NCBI GenBank assembly: GCA_950097015.1
Contig: CATNEN010000037.1
Coordinates: 1,798,001-1,862,000, forward strand
Direction of reading: 5' to 3'
Length of the DNA: 64,000 bases
From: Macrostomum hystrix
Lineage: Eukaryota > Animalia > Platyhelminthes
The notes under the pieces: model-generated
What the model was told of the DNA's origin: nothing
Databases searched by the model: none
What the model saw: only the letters and a program-made list of their open reading frames with translations
Position numbers and translations under genes: made by a program
Shown: piece by piece, positions 13,450 to 26,350 of the stretch
How the letters are laid out: every line of letters begins with the position of its first letter
How positions within the stretch are numbered: position 1 is the first letter of the stretch

Positions 13450-13818
13450 TTTCTAAAAACAGCTACAAAATTAGGCGTTCCCCACATATTTTCTAAAAAC
13501 AGCTACAAAATTAGGCGTTCCCCACATATTTCTAAAAACAGCTACAAATTAGGCGTTCCCCACATATTTTCTAAAAACAGCTACAAAATTAGGCGTTCCC
13601 CACATATTTTCTAAAAACAGCTACAAAATTAGGCGTTCCCCACATATTTTCTAAAAACAGCTACAAAATTAGGCGTTCCCCACATATTTTCTAAAAATAG
13701 CTACATAATTAGGCGTTCCCCACATATTTTCTAAAAATAGCTACATAATTAGGCGTTCCCCACATATTTTCTAAAAATAGCTACATAATTTGGCGTTCCC
13801 CACATATTTTCTAAAAAT
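13450..13818. repeat. 40-bp minisatellite (TTCTAAAAACAGCTACAAAATTAGGCGTTCCCCACATATT)n 3' of SNX14
   Basis: About 9 copies. Confidence 0.93.
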
Positions 13819-14475
13819 TGCAAATTTTGGGTTCTCTACTGGATTTTTCTAAAAATAGCAAAAACAATAGTAACTCCTTAAAATTTTATCTGCGGCCTAA
13901 AAATAGCACCGAAAATGGGCATCCCCACACGATTCCATTAAACTTGCCTGGTGTTGTGGCGAAACTCGCTAGCAGCAGCAATTTTCTCAAGTTTCTGTTC
14001 CATTTAATTTCAAGTTATCTACTTATTACTTATCTACTTCTATTGTTAGTTTGATTGAATTTTTCAATATTTTTCTTGCGATCGGTTGTTTTTAATCGGG
14101 TGATAAAAAATATAAAGATTATACCGATTTTAAAGGTTCACAGTAAGTTCTACACAGACATTTATTTTCCTCCATTTGTGTTGTATTGTATTGTACATTA
14201 GTCAATTAAATTATCAGTACGCGATTTCAGTTCTATCGGCTTCTCTTCCTGACTGTTATTCGAAGAGTGTGAAAGCTCTTTGTCTTTGCTTCGTTTGTGA
14301 TTATACTCGTAGCTTACTTTGTCTGCAAACCTCCTGCCATACTTCTCTGTTTGTGAATTCGGTCTGTTTTCTGCTTTGACTTATAATAGTTGCTGCTTGT
14401 TGCTGCTATGAAAAACATGGACTCCAGAGGTATTAGTCCTGTGGATGAAGTTTCGAACTGATAAATCAATTTACA

Positions 14476-15141
14476 AACACTTCTAGACCACCCAACCCTC
14501 AACCCAATGTACACACACTTCTAGACCACCCAAGCCTCAACCCAATGTACACACACTTCTAGACCACCCAACCCTCAACCCAATGTACACACACTTCTAG
14601 ACCACCCAACCCTCAACCCAATGTACACACACTTCTAGACCACCCCAACCCTCAACCCAATGTACACACACTTCTAGACCACCCAACCCTCAACCCAATG
14701 TACATACACTTCTAGACCACCCCAACCCTCAACCCAATGTACGCACACTTCTAGACCACCCCAACCCTCAACCCAATGTACACACACTTCTAGACCACCC
14801 CAACCCTCAACCCAATGTACACACACTTCTAGACCACCCAACCCTCAACCCAATGTACGCACACTTCTAGACCACCCCAACCCTCAACCCAATGTACACA
14901 CACTTCTAGACCACCCCAAAACCTCACCCCAATGTACACACACTTCTAGACCACCCCAAACCTCACCCCAATATACACACGCTTCTAGACCACCCCAAAC
15001 CTCACCCCAATGTACACACACTTCTAGACCACCCCAAACCTCACCCCAATGTACACACGCTTCTAGACCACCCCAAACCTCACCCCAATGTACACACACT
15101 TCTAGACCACCCCAAACCTCACCCCAATGTACACACACTTC
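14476..15141. repeat. 38/39-bp minisatellite (ACACACACTTCTAGACCACCCAACCCTCAACCCAATGT)n
   Basis: About 17 copies; accounts for ORF 14884..15138. Confidence 0.93.
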
Positions 15142-15661
15142 TCGAAATACTGTCTAATGTGAATATAAATCAGAAATACGGCCAGTTAGATCAGTTAATA
15201 TATTCAATAATAAATAACTTACTTGCTTGCGATATAGAAAGAACTAAATTTATGACATTATATATAAAAATGCTGAATTTATTCGAGCGCACATATAATA
15301 AATGGCTATAGTTGTGATTTTGTTTAACTAAATTTCTTGTTGTTTTAGGCATGCGACTATAAAAATCCTTGTATCTGTGTTAAATCTGTTCCTTAAACTG
15401 TGGTAGAGATATCTTATTGCCTAATATTTAGTATTTCGTCAATTCTGTGTCATATCTTAAATAAATGGTGAGTAAATTTACTTTTCCAATGCCCAGAGAA
15501 ACGTCTATAATGAGGGGCATCTCTTTGTAATATCGTGTGATAGCCTGTTGTTATCTGTGACCATTTATGACATTGTATTTGTTTGATGACTGTTTTGTTT
15601 TGATATTAATGATAAGTCAAGCAGGTAATATTAAATAATCTCAGTCGTCAATTCATGTAGC

Positions 15662-18600
15662 TCAGTCGTATTCCGCTCCGATTGTGAGGCTGAACACATC
15701 CGGCTCATTGAAGGTGGCGTGGTACCAGAGGTTTGTGTCGACATTAACTGGAAAAATAGGTTGCATGACTTCAGAATGTAATGACAGAAAAACTAATAAT
15801 AATGAGAATAATTAAACGAAGGATTGCAACCGATTGAAACTGAGGATTGAAGGATTGCAACCGATGAAAATAGAGGATTGAAGGATTGCAACCGATAAAA
15901 AATGAGGATTGAAGGATTGCAACCGATTGAAACTGAGGAGTGAAGGATTGCAACCGATTGGAACTGAGGATTGAAGGATTGCAACCGATTGAAACTGAGG
16001 ATTGAAGGATTGCAACCGATGAAAATAGAGGATTGAAGGATTGCAACCGATTAAAAATGAGGATTGAAGGATTGCAACCGATTGGAACTGAGGAGTGAAG
16101 GATTGCAACCGATTGAAACTGAGGAGTGAAGGATTGCAACCGATTGGAACTGAGGATTGAAGGATTGCAACCGATTGAAACTGAGGATTGAAGGATTGCA
16201 ACCGATTGGAACTGAGGATTGAAGGATTGCAACCGATTGAAACTGAGGATTGAAGGATTGCAACCGATTAAAACTGAGGAGTGAAGGATTGCAACCGATT
16301 GGAACTGAGGATTGAAGGATTGCAAACCGATTGAAACTGAGGATTGAAGGATTGCAACCGATTGGAACTGAGGATTGAAGGATTGCAACCGATTGAAACT
16401 GAGGATTGAAGGATTGCAACCGATTGAAACTGAGGATTGAAGGATTGCAACCGATTAAAACTGAGGAGTGAAGGATTGCAACCGATTGAAACTGAGGATT
16501 GAAGGATTGCAACCGATTGAAACTGAGGATTGAAGGATTGCAACCGATTGAAACTGAGGAGTGAAGGATTGCAACCGATTGAAACTGAGGAGTGAAGGAT
16601 TGCAACCGATTGGAACTGAGGATTGAAGGATTGCAACCGATTGAAACTGAGGAGTGAAGGATTGCAACCGATTGAAACTGAGGATTGATGGATTGCAACC
16701 GATTGAAACTGAGGATTGAAGGATTGCAACCGATTGAAACTGAGGATTAAAGGATTGCAACCGATTGAAACTGAGGATTGAAGGATTGCAACCGATTGAA
16801 ACTGAGGAGTGAAGGATTGCAACCGATTGAAACTGAGGATTGATGGATTGCAACCGATTGAAACTGAGGATTGAAGGATTGCAACCGATTGGAACTGAGG
16901 ATTGAAGGATTGCAACCGATTGGAACTGAGGAGTGAAGGATTGCAACCGATTGGAACTGAGGATTGAAGGATTGCAACCGATTGAAACTGAGGATAGAAG
17001 GATCGCAACCGAATAAAACTGAGGATTGAAGGATTGCAACCGATTGGAACTGAGGAGTGAAGGATTGCAACCGATTGAAACTGAGGAGTGAAGGATTGCA
17101 ACCGATTAAAACTGAGGAGTGAAGGATTGCAACCGATTGAAACTGAGGATTGAAGGATTGCAACCGATTGAAACTGAGGAGTGAAGGATTGCAACCGATT
17201 AAAACTGAGGATTGAAGGATTGCAACCGATTGAAACTGAGGAGTGAAGGATTGCAACCGATTGAAACTGAGGAGTGAAGGATTGCAACCGTTTAAAACTG
17301 AGGATTGAAGGATTGCAACCGATTGAAACTGAGGAGTGAAGGATTGCAACCGATTGGAACTGAGGATTGAAGGATTGCAACCGATTGAAACTGAAGAGTG
17401 AAGGATTGCAACAGATTGGAACTGAGGATTGAAGGATTGCAACCGATTGGAACTGAGGAGTGAAGGATTGCAACCGATTGGAACTGAGGATTGAAGGATT
17501 GCAACCGATTGAAACTGAGGAGTGAAGGATTGCAACCGATTGGAACTGAGGAGTGAAGGATTGTAACCGATTGGAACTGAGGATTGAAGGATTGCAACCG
17601 ATTGAAACTGAGGATTGAAGGATTGTAACCGATTGAAACTGAGGAGTGAAGGATTGCAACCGATTGAAACTGAGGATTGAAGGATTGCAACCGATTGGAA
17701 CTGAGGAGTGAAGGATTGCAACCGATTGGAACTGAGGATTGAAGGATTGCAACCGATTGAAACTGAGGATTGAAGGATTGCAACCGATTGGAACTGAGGA
17801 TTGAAGGATTGCAAACCGATTGAAACTGAGGATTGAAGGATTGCAACCGATTGAAACTGAGGATTGAAGGATTGCAACCGATTAAAACTGAGGAGTGAAG
17901 GATTGCAACCGATTGAAACTGAGGATTGAAGGATTGCAACCGATTGAAACTGAGGATTGAAGGATTGCAACCGATTGAAACTGAGGAGTGAAGGATTGCA
18001 ACCGATTGAAACTGAGGAGTGAAGGATTGCAACCGATTGGAACTGAGGATTGAAGGATTGCAACCGATTGAAACTGAGGAGTGAAGGATTGCAACCGATT
18101 GAAACTGAGGATTGAAGGATTGCAACCGATTGAAACCTGAGGATTGAAGGATTGCAACCGATTGAAACTGAGGATTGAAGGATTGCAACCGATTGAAACT
18201 GAGGATTGAAGGATTGCAAACCGATTGGAACTGAGGATTGAAGGATTGCAACCGATTGGAAACTGAGGAGTGAAGGATTGCAACCGATTGGAACTGAGGA
18301 TTGAAGGATTGCAACCGATTGAAACTGAGGAGTGAAGGATTGCAACCGATTGGAACTGAGGAGTGAAGGATTGGTAACCGATTGAAACTGAGGATTGAAG
18401 GATTGCAACCGATTGAAACTGAGGATTGAAGGATTTGCAAACCGATTGGAACTGAGGATTGAAGGATTGCAACCGATTGAAACTGAGGATTGAAGGATTG
18501 CAACCGGATGAAAATAGAGGATTGAAGGATTGCAAACCGATTAAAAAATGGAGGATTGAAGGATTGCAACCGATTGAAACTGAGGAGTGAAGGAATTGCA

Positions 18601-21600
18601 ACCGATTGGAACTGAAGGATTGAAGGATTGCAACCGATTGGAACTGAGGAGTGAAGGATTGCAACCGATTGGAACTGAGGATTGAAGGATTGCAACCGAT
18701 TGGAACTGAGGATGAAGGATTGCAACCGATTGAAACTGAGGAGTGAAGGATTGCAACGATTGGAACTGAGGAGTGAAGGATTGTAACCGATTGAAACTGA
18801 GGATTAAAGGATTGCAACCGATTGAAAACTGAGGATTGAAGGATTGCAACCGATTGGAACTGAGGATTGAAGGATTGCAACCGATTGAAAACTGAGGAGT
18901 GAAGGATTGCAACCGATTGGAACTGAGGAGTGAAGGATTGCAACCGATTGAAACTGAGGATTGAAGGATTGCAACCGATTGAAACTGAGGATAGAAGGAT
19001 TGCAACCGATTGAAACTGAGGATTGAAGGATTGCAACCGATTGAAACTGAAGAGTGAAGGATTGCAACCGATTGGAACTGAGGATTGAAGGATTGCAACC
19101 GATTGGAACTGAGGAGTGAAGGATTGCAACCGATTGGAACTGAGGATTGAAGGATTGCAACCGATTGAAACTGAGGATTGAAGGATTGCAACCGATTGGA
19201 ACTGAGGAGTGAAGGATTGTAACCGATTGGAACGTGAGGATTGAAGGATTGCAAACCGATTGAAACTGAGGATTGAAGGATTGTAACCGATTGAAACTGA
19301 GGAGTGAAGGATTGCAACCGATTGAAACTGAGGATTGAAGGATTGCAACCGATTGGAACTGAGGAGTGAAGGATTGCAACCGATTGGAACTGAGGATTGA
19401 AGGATTGCAACCGATTGAAACTGAGGATTGAAGGATTGCAACCGATTGGAAACTGAGGATTGAAGGATTGCAACCGATTGAAACTGAGGAGTGAAGGATT
19501 GCAACCGATTGAAACTGAGGAGTGAAGGATTGCAACCGATTGGAACTGAGGATTGAAGGATTGCAACCGATTGAAACTGAGGAGTGAAGGATTGCAACCG
19601 ATTGAAACTGAGGATTGAAGGATTGCAACCGATTGAAAACTGAGGATTGAAGGATTGCAACCGATTGAAACTGAGGATTGAAGGATTGCAACCGATTGAA
19701 ACTGAGGATTGAAGGATTGCAACCGATTGGAAACTGAGGATTGAAGGATTGCAACCGATTGGAACTGAGGAGTGAAGGATTGCAACCGATTGGAACTGAG
19801 GATTGAAGGATTGCAACCGATTGAAACTGAGGAGTGAAGGATTGCAACCGATTGGAACTGAGGAGTGAAGGATTGTAACCGATTGAAACTGAGGATTGAA
19901 GGATTGCAACCGATTGAAACTGAGGATTGAAGGATTGCAACCGATTGGAAACTGAGGATTGAAGGATTGCAACCGATTGAAACTGAGGATTGAAGGATTG
20001 CAACCGATTGAAAATAGAGGATTGAAGGATTGCAACCGATTGAAACTGAGGATTGAAGGATTGCAACCGATTGAAACTGAGGATTGAAGGATTGCAACCG
20101 ATTGAAACTGAGGATTGAATGGATTGCAACCGATTGAAACTGAGGATTGAAGGATTGCAACCGATTGGAACTGAGGATTGAAGGATTGCAACCGATTGGA
20201 ACTGAGGAGTGAAGGATTGCAACCGATTGGAACTGAGGATTGAAGGATTGCAACCGATTGAAACTGAGGAGTGAAGGATTGCAACCGATTGGAACTGAGG
20301 AGTGAAGGATTGTAACCGATTGAAACTGAGGATTGAAGGATTGCAACCGATTGAAACTGAGGATTGAAGGATTGCAACCGATTGGAAACTGAGGATTGAA
20401 GGATTGCAACCGATTGAAACTGAGGAGTGAAGGATTGCAACCGATTGAAACTGAGGAGTGAAGGATTGCAACCGATTGAAACTGAGGATTGAAGGATTGC
20501 AACCGATTGAAACTGAGGAGTGAAGGATTGCAACCGAATGAAACTGAGGATTGAAGGATTGCAACCGATTGAAACTGAGGAGTGAAGGATTGCAACCGAT
20601 TGGAACTGAGGATTGAAGGATTGCAACCGATTGGAACTGAGGAGTGAAGGATTGCAACCGATTGGAACTGAGGATTGAAGGATTGCAACCGATTGAAACT
20701 GAGGAGTGAAGGATTGCAACCGATTGGAACTGAGGAGTGAAGGATTGTAACCGATTGGAACTGAGGATTGAAGGATTGCAACCGATTGAAACTGAGGATT
20801 GAAGGATTGTAACCGATTGAAACTGAGGAGTGAAGGATTGCAACCGATTGAAACTGAGGATTGAAGGATTGCAACCGATTGAAACTGAGGAGTGAAGGAT
20901 TGCAACCGATTGGAAACTGAGGATTGAAGGATTGCAACCGATTGAAACTGAGGATTGAAGGATTGCAACCGATTGAAACTGAGGATTGAAGGATTGCAAC
21001 CGATTGAAACTGAGGATTGAAGGATTGCAACCGATTGAAACTGAGGATTGAAGGATTGCAACCGATTGAAAACTGAGGAGTGAAGGATTGCAACCGATTG
21101 AAACTGAGGATTGAAGGATTGCAACCGATTGAAACTGAGGAGTGAAGGATTGCAACCGATTGAACTGAGGATTGAAGGATTGCAACCGATTGAAACTGAG
21201 GAGTGAAGGATTGCAACCGATTGGAACTGAGGATTGAAGGATTGCAACCGATTGAAACTGAGGAGTGAAGGATTGCAACCGATTGAAACTGAGGATTGAA
21301 GGATTGCAACCGATTGAAACTGAGGATTGAAGGATTGCAACCGATTGAAACTGAGGATTGAAGGATTGCAACCGATTGAAACTGAGGATTGAAGGATTGC
21401 AACCGATTGAAAACTGAGGAGTGAAGGATTGCAACCGATTGAAACTGAGGATTGAAGGATTGCAACCGATTGAAACTGAGGATTGAAGGATTGCAACCGA
21501 TTGGAACTGAGGATTGAAAGGATTGCAACCGATTGGAACTGAGGAGTGAAGGATTGCAAACCGATTGGAACTGAGGATTGAAGGATTGCAACCGATTGAA

Positions 21601-24600
21601 ACTGAGGAGTGAAGGATTGCAAACCGATTGGAAACTGAGGAGTGAAGGATTGTAACCGATTGAAACTGAGGATTAAAGGATTGCAACCGATTGAAACTGA
21701 GGATTGAAGGATTGCAACCGATTGGAACTGAGGATTGAAGGATTGCAACCGATTGAAACTGAGGAGTGAAGGATTGCAAACCGATTGGAAACTGAGGAGT
21801 GAAGGATTGCAACCGATTGAAACTGAGGATTGAAGGATTGCAACCGATTGAAACTGAGGATAGAAGGATCGCAACCGAATGAAACTGAGGATTGAAGGAT
21901 TGCAACCGATTGAAACTGAAGAGTGAAGGATTGCAACCGATTGGAACTGAGGATTGAAGGATTGCAACCGATTGGAACTGAGGAGTGAAGGATTGCAACC
22001 GATTGGAACTGAGGATTGAAGGATTGCAACCGATTGAAACTGAGGAGTGAAGGATTGCAACCGATTGGAACTGAGGAGTGAAGGATTGTAACCGATTGGA
22101 ACTGAGGATTGAAGGATTGCAACCGATTGAAACTGAGGATTGAAGGATTGTAACCGATTGAAACTGAGGAGTGAAGGATTGCAACCGATTGAAACTGAGG
22201 ATTGAAGGATTGCAACCGATTGGAACTGAGGAGTGAAGGATTGCAACCGATTGGAACTGAGGATTGAAGGATTGCAACCGATTGGAACTGAGGATTGAAG
22301 GATTGCAACCGATTGAAACTGAGGATTGAAGGATTGCAACCGATTGGAACTGAGGATTGAAGGATTGCAACCGATTGGAACTGAGGAGTGAAGGATTGTA
22401 ACCGATTGAAACTGAGGATTGAAGGATTGCAACCGATTGGAACTGAGGATTGAAGGATTGCAACCGATTGGAACTGAGGATTGAAGGATTGCAACCGATT
22501 GGAACTGAGGATTGAAGGATTGCAACCTATTGAAACTGAGGATTGAAGGATTGCAACCGATTGGAACTGAGGATTGAAGGATTGCAACCGATTGAAACTG
22601 AGGATTGAAGGATTGCAACCGATTGGAACTGAGGATTGATGGATTGCAACCGATTGAAACTGAGGATTGAAGGATTGCAACCGATTGAAACTGAGGATTG
22701 AAGGATTGCAAACCGATTGAAACTGAGGATTGATGGATTGCAACCGATTAAACTGAGGATTGAAGGATTGCAACCGATTGAACTGAGGAGTGAACGATTG
22801 CAACCGATTGAAACTGAGGATTGAAGGATTGCAACCGATTGAAACTGAGGATTGGAAGGATTGCAACCGATTGAAACTGAGGATTGAAGGATTGCAACCG
22901 ATTGAAACTGAGGATTGAAGGATTGCAACCGATTGAAACTGAGGATTGAAGGATTGCAACCGATTGAAACTGAGGATTGAAGGATTGCAACCGATTGAAA
23001 CTGAGGATTGAAGGATTGCAACCGATTGAAACTGAGGATTGAAGGATTGCAACCGATTGAAACTGAGGATTGAAGGATTGCAACCGATTGAAACTGAGGA
23101 TTGAAGGATTGCAACCGATTGAAACTGAGGAGTGAAGGATTGCAACCGATTGAAACTGAGGATTGAAGGATTGCAACCGATTGAAACTGAGGAGTGAAGG
23201 ATTGCAACCGATTGAAACTGAGGATTGAAGGATTGCAACCGATTGAAACTGAGGATTGAAGGATTGCAACCGATTGAAACTGAGGATTGATGGATTGCAA
23301 CCGATTGAAACTGAGGATTGAAGGATTGCAACCGATTGAAACTGAGGATTGATGGATTGCAACCGATTGAAACTGAGGATTGAAGGATTGCAACCGATTG
23401 AAACTGAGGATTGAAGGATTGCAAACCGATTGAAACTGAGGATTGAAGGATTGCAACCGATTGAAACTGAGGATTGAAGGATTGCAACCGATTGAAACTG
23501 AGGATTGAAGGATTGCAACCCATCGCTCACAGATGTCTCCTGGCTCCATCTTAACGGATAGGGCATTGCAGACGCTGGAACATTCGCTTGGCGGCTGAAT
23601 CTCCCATGTCTTCTGACCCATGATGAGGGCTTGCCAGCTGGGTCTTAGGATGTGGTCCAGCTGCAAATGGTCAAACAGTCAAGACTCAACAAGTGAAATA
23701 ACAAATCCGCGCAAAAACTTGCTCCCAAAGAAACTTTGCTCCCCTATTAAAAGTTTACTTTCCTTGACAAGGGAATCGCAGTAGTGGAAATTTCTACTGG
23801 GATCTCGGTGAGGATTGTTGTTCAGAATAGCAGGTGAGTGAATTGTGGCGGTAATCGCGGTGGAGAAATCTCTGGGGGAATCCCCGTGGGGAAATCTCGA
23901 CAAGGAATCTAGGTGGGGAAATCTCGACAAGGAATCTAGGTGGGGAAATCTTGACAGGGAATCCCTGTGGGGAAATCTCGACAAGGAATCTAGGTGGGAA
24001 ATCTCGACAAGGAATCTAGGTGGGGAAATCTCGACAAGGAATCTAGGTGGGGAAATCTCGACAAGGAATCTAGGTGGGGAAATCTTGACAAGGAATCTAG
24101 GTGGGGAAATCTTGACAGGGAATCCCTGTGGGGAAATCTTGACAAGGAATCCATGTGGGGAAATCTCGACAAGGAATCCCTGTGGGGAAATCTCGACAAG
24201 GTATCTAGGTGGGGAAATCTCGACAAGGAATCTAGGTGGGGAAATCTCGACAAGGAATCTAGGTGGGGAAATCTCGACAAGGAATCCCTGTGGGGAAATC
24301 TCGACAAGGTATCTAGGTGGGGAAATCTCGACAAGAAATCTAGGTGGGAAATCTCGACAAGGAATCTAGGTGGGGAAATCTCGACAAGGAATCTAGGTGG
24401 GGAAATCTCGACAAGGAATCTAGGTGGGGAAATCTCGACAAGGAATCTAGGTGGGGAAATCTCGACAAGGAATCTAGGTGGGGAAATCTCGACAAGGAAT
24501 CTAGGTGGAGAAATCTTGACAGGGAATCCGGGTGGGGAAATCTTGACAAGGAATCCCGGTGGGGAAATCTTGACAGGGAATCCGGGTGGGGAAATCTTGA

Positions 24601-25504
24601 CAAGGAATCCCGGTGGGGAAATCTGGACAGGGACTACCCCCGGAGGGAAATCGTGAATTTCGGTAGGAATTGTAGTGAGAATTCTCAGTATGAAATCGTG
24701 GTTGTAAAACTTAAACGCCTAGACATAGAGAAACTTAAAGATCAATTAGAGGTTAATTTCAAAAAATGCCCGCGGCTGCTCACGTGCACGGGGGCGCCGA
24801 ATCGGGCAGCGCCGATGAAGAACCAGTCCAGCACGGAGCCCTGCGAGCCAAGCGGCAGGTAGCCCGGCCAGGTGTAGTACTTCTTCAGCTCGTTGTGCAC
24901 CCGGCGATCCAGATTGCTCCAGCCGAAATAGTAGGGCCGGCTCTGGCGCTCATCTGACATGTGCAACGCCTCGCGGAAGGTCTGCAGCTCGATGCGGAAC
25001 GGCAGGTAGCGAGCTCGCCGCTCCTGAGTCCGGTAAGAGTCCGGATAGCGGTCGTACAGGTCGCGAAAGAAGGTCAGGTTCCAGTGGCGCATTGCCGGCC
25101 AGCCATCGGCGGCGCCCTTCACCAGCACCGGGCGGCCCGTGTAGGCGTACAATTCCAGGAATCTCGACCGGACTGATGTTGGCCGACTCAACCGGGACGG
25201 AGGTCAGGCCGACGCAGACGCGCCGACAATTGGCCGGCTGTCGAACAGCGTCAGAGAGGAACTCGCCGGCCGAGTACCAGCAGGAGCCGTTCGGACGGAG
25301 ATGGCCGAGGCCGATGGCGACGGAGTACAAGGCGACGACAACGACTCCCAGGGCTGGCCAGAAGCCAATGCGTCGGCGTGCGTGTCGGCTGCTGCCACCG
25401 CAGCGACTGTCCAGTTCGGACAGAAGGCGGCCACGATCGGCCGCGGACAGCGACATGGCTTCGTTTAGGAAAGCCGTTCGTGCTGCTGATTCTTTTGACG
25501 CCAT
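15662..25504 (-). CDS. Membrane-anchored JmjC/cupin-fold 2OG-Fe(II) oxygenase-like protein (JMJD8-like invertebrate family), about 311 aa after correcting a +1 frameshift near 25162
   Basis: Exon 1 is 25504-24784 (frame change near 25162), exon 2 is 23660-23531, exon 3 is 15747-15662. It has a TM segment FWPALGVVVVALYSVAIGLG, then FLELYAYTGRPVLVKGAADGWPA, DWFFIGAARFGAPVHLDHILRPSWQALIMGQKTW, and PGDIFNVDTNLWYHATFNEPDVFSLTIGAEYD*. The HxD...H triad is present and splice phases are consistent. Confidence 0.8.
15818..23520. repeat. 7.7-kb 31-bp satellite (GGATTGCAACCGATTGAAACTGAGGATTGAA)n filling intron 2 of the JmjC-like gene
   Basis: About 248 copies. The 31-aa periodicity of the minus-strand ORFs equals 3 x 31 bp. 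Confidence 0.97.
23870..24640. repeat. 27-bp minisatellite (GGGGAAATCTCGACAAGGAATCTAGGT)n in intron 1 of the JmjC-like gene
   Basis: About 28 copies; produces the 9-aa WGNLDKESR repeat ORFs. Confidence 0.95.
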
Positions 25505-25969
25505 GGTTTGTCTTTGCGGAAAGAATTGAGCTCTACTCTAAACTATAGAGTCAGCTTTTCTATGCCTTCTGTGTCCATTGTGCACACACACACACACACA
25601 TTGTGCCCCAGTCTCGCGAGTGCACGCACTAACCCACACCAGACAATGCATCCGAACATTGCATGACTGCAGCTAAAGTGTACATTATTGTTGTTAGCTC
25701 TCTTAAATTTTCTTTGTCTTTTGTTCCTACGCATGGAGATATAACGCTTAAACTAGTTACTGATTTCGAAAGTATCAAGCTTTCCATTTTTAAATGATAA
25801 TCCTGTACCCTGATCCTTTTTAGAATTTCTCGGCCCGATAACTTTGACAGAAAACTAAATTTAAGAAACTCTAATTTAACTTTTTTTCTTCTTATGCATC
25901 ATTCTTTTAAAGTAAAATCGAATCAAATATTAAAAATACTCCTAGAAGACTCCTAGAAACTAATCGATT

Positions 25970-26350
25970 CCGTTTCGGGAATCCGAATGAAAAAACCCAC
26001 GAGATTAACAGTTGAGGCATCTCAAATAAGGTAAATCTTGGCTCGGAAATCTCCCTAGCCGAATCTCGGCGGAGGAATCCTGGTCGGGGAATCCCATTGG
26101 GGAAACCCGATTGGTGAATTCCGCGGCGGGAAATCCCGATGGGCAATCCCGGAGGGAAATCCATCTGGGGAATCCCCGTGAGAAAACTAGGGTTGGAGGA
26201 ATCCCGGTGAGGAACATCGGTGGGCGATTCCAATGGGGATACTGGTGGGGGGAATCCCGGTTGTCGAATCCCGCGAAAAAAGGTAGACCTCGCAATGGAA
26301 ACCTCGCAAGGGAAACCTCGGGGGGGGCAATCTAGACTCGGAAATCCTCG
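25970..26350. repeat. Degenerate GGGAA(A)TCCC-motif array upstream of the JmjC-like gene
   Basis: More than 12 GGAATCC/GGAAATCC/GGAAACC motifs at roughly 20-30 bp spacing. Confidence 0.7.

Noticed and set aside
13298-13880. Possible Kolobok-like element (TTAA|GGTG..., TGCAAATTTCAG) around the 40-bp array
   Set aside because: No convincing matching right TIR could be aligned.
15771-23523. Very long ORFs (up to 1609 aa) on the minus strand
   Set aside because: They are translations of a 31-bp satellite that is stop-free in all three frames because of its composition, and they lie inside a phase-consistent intron.
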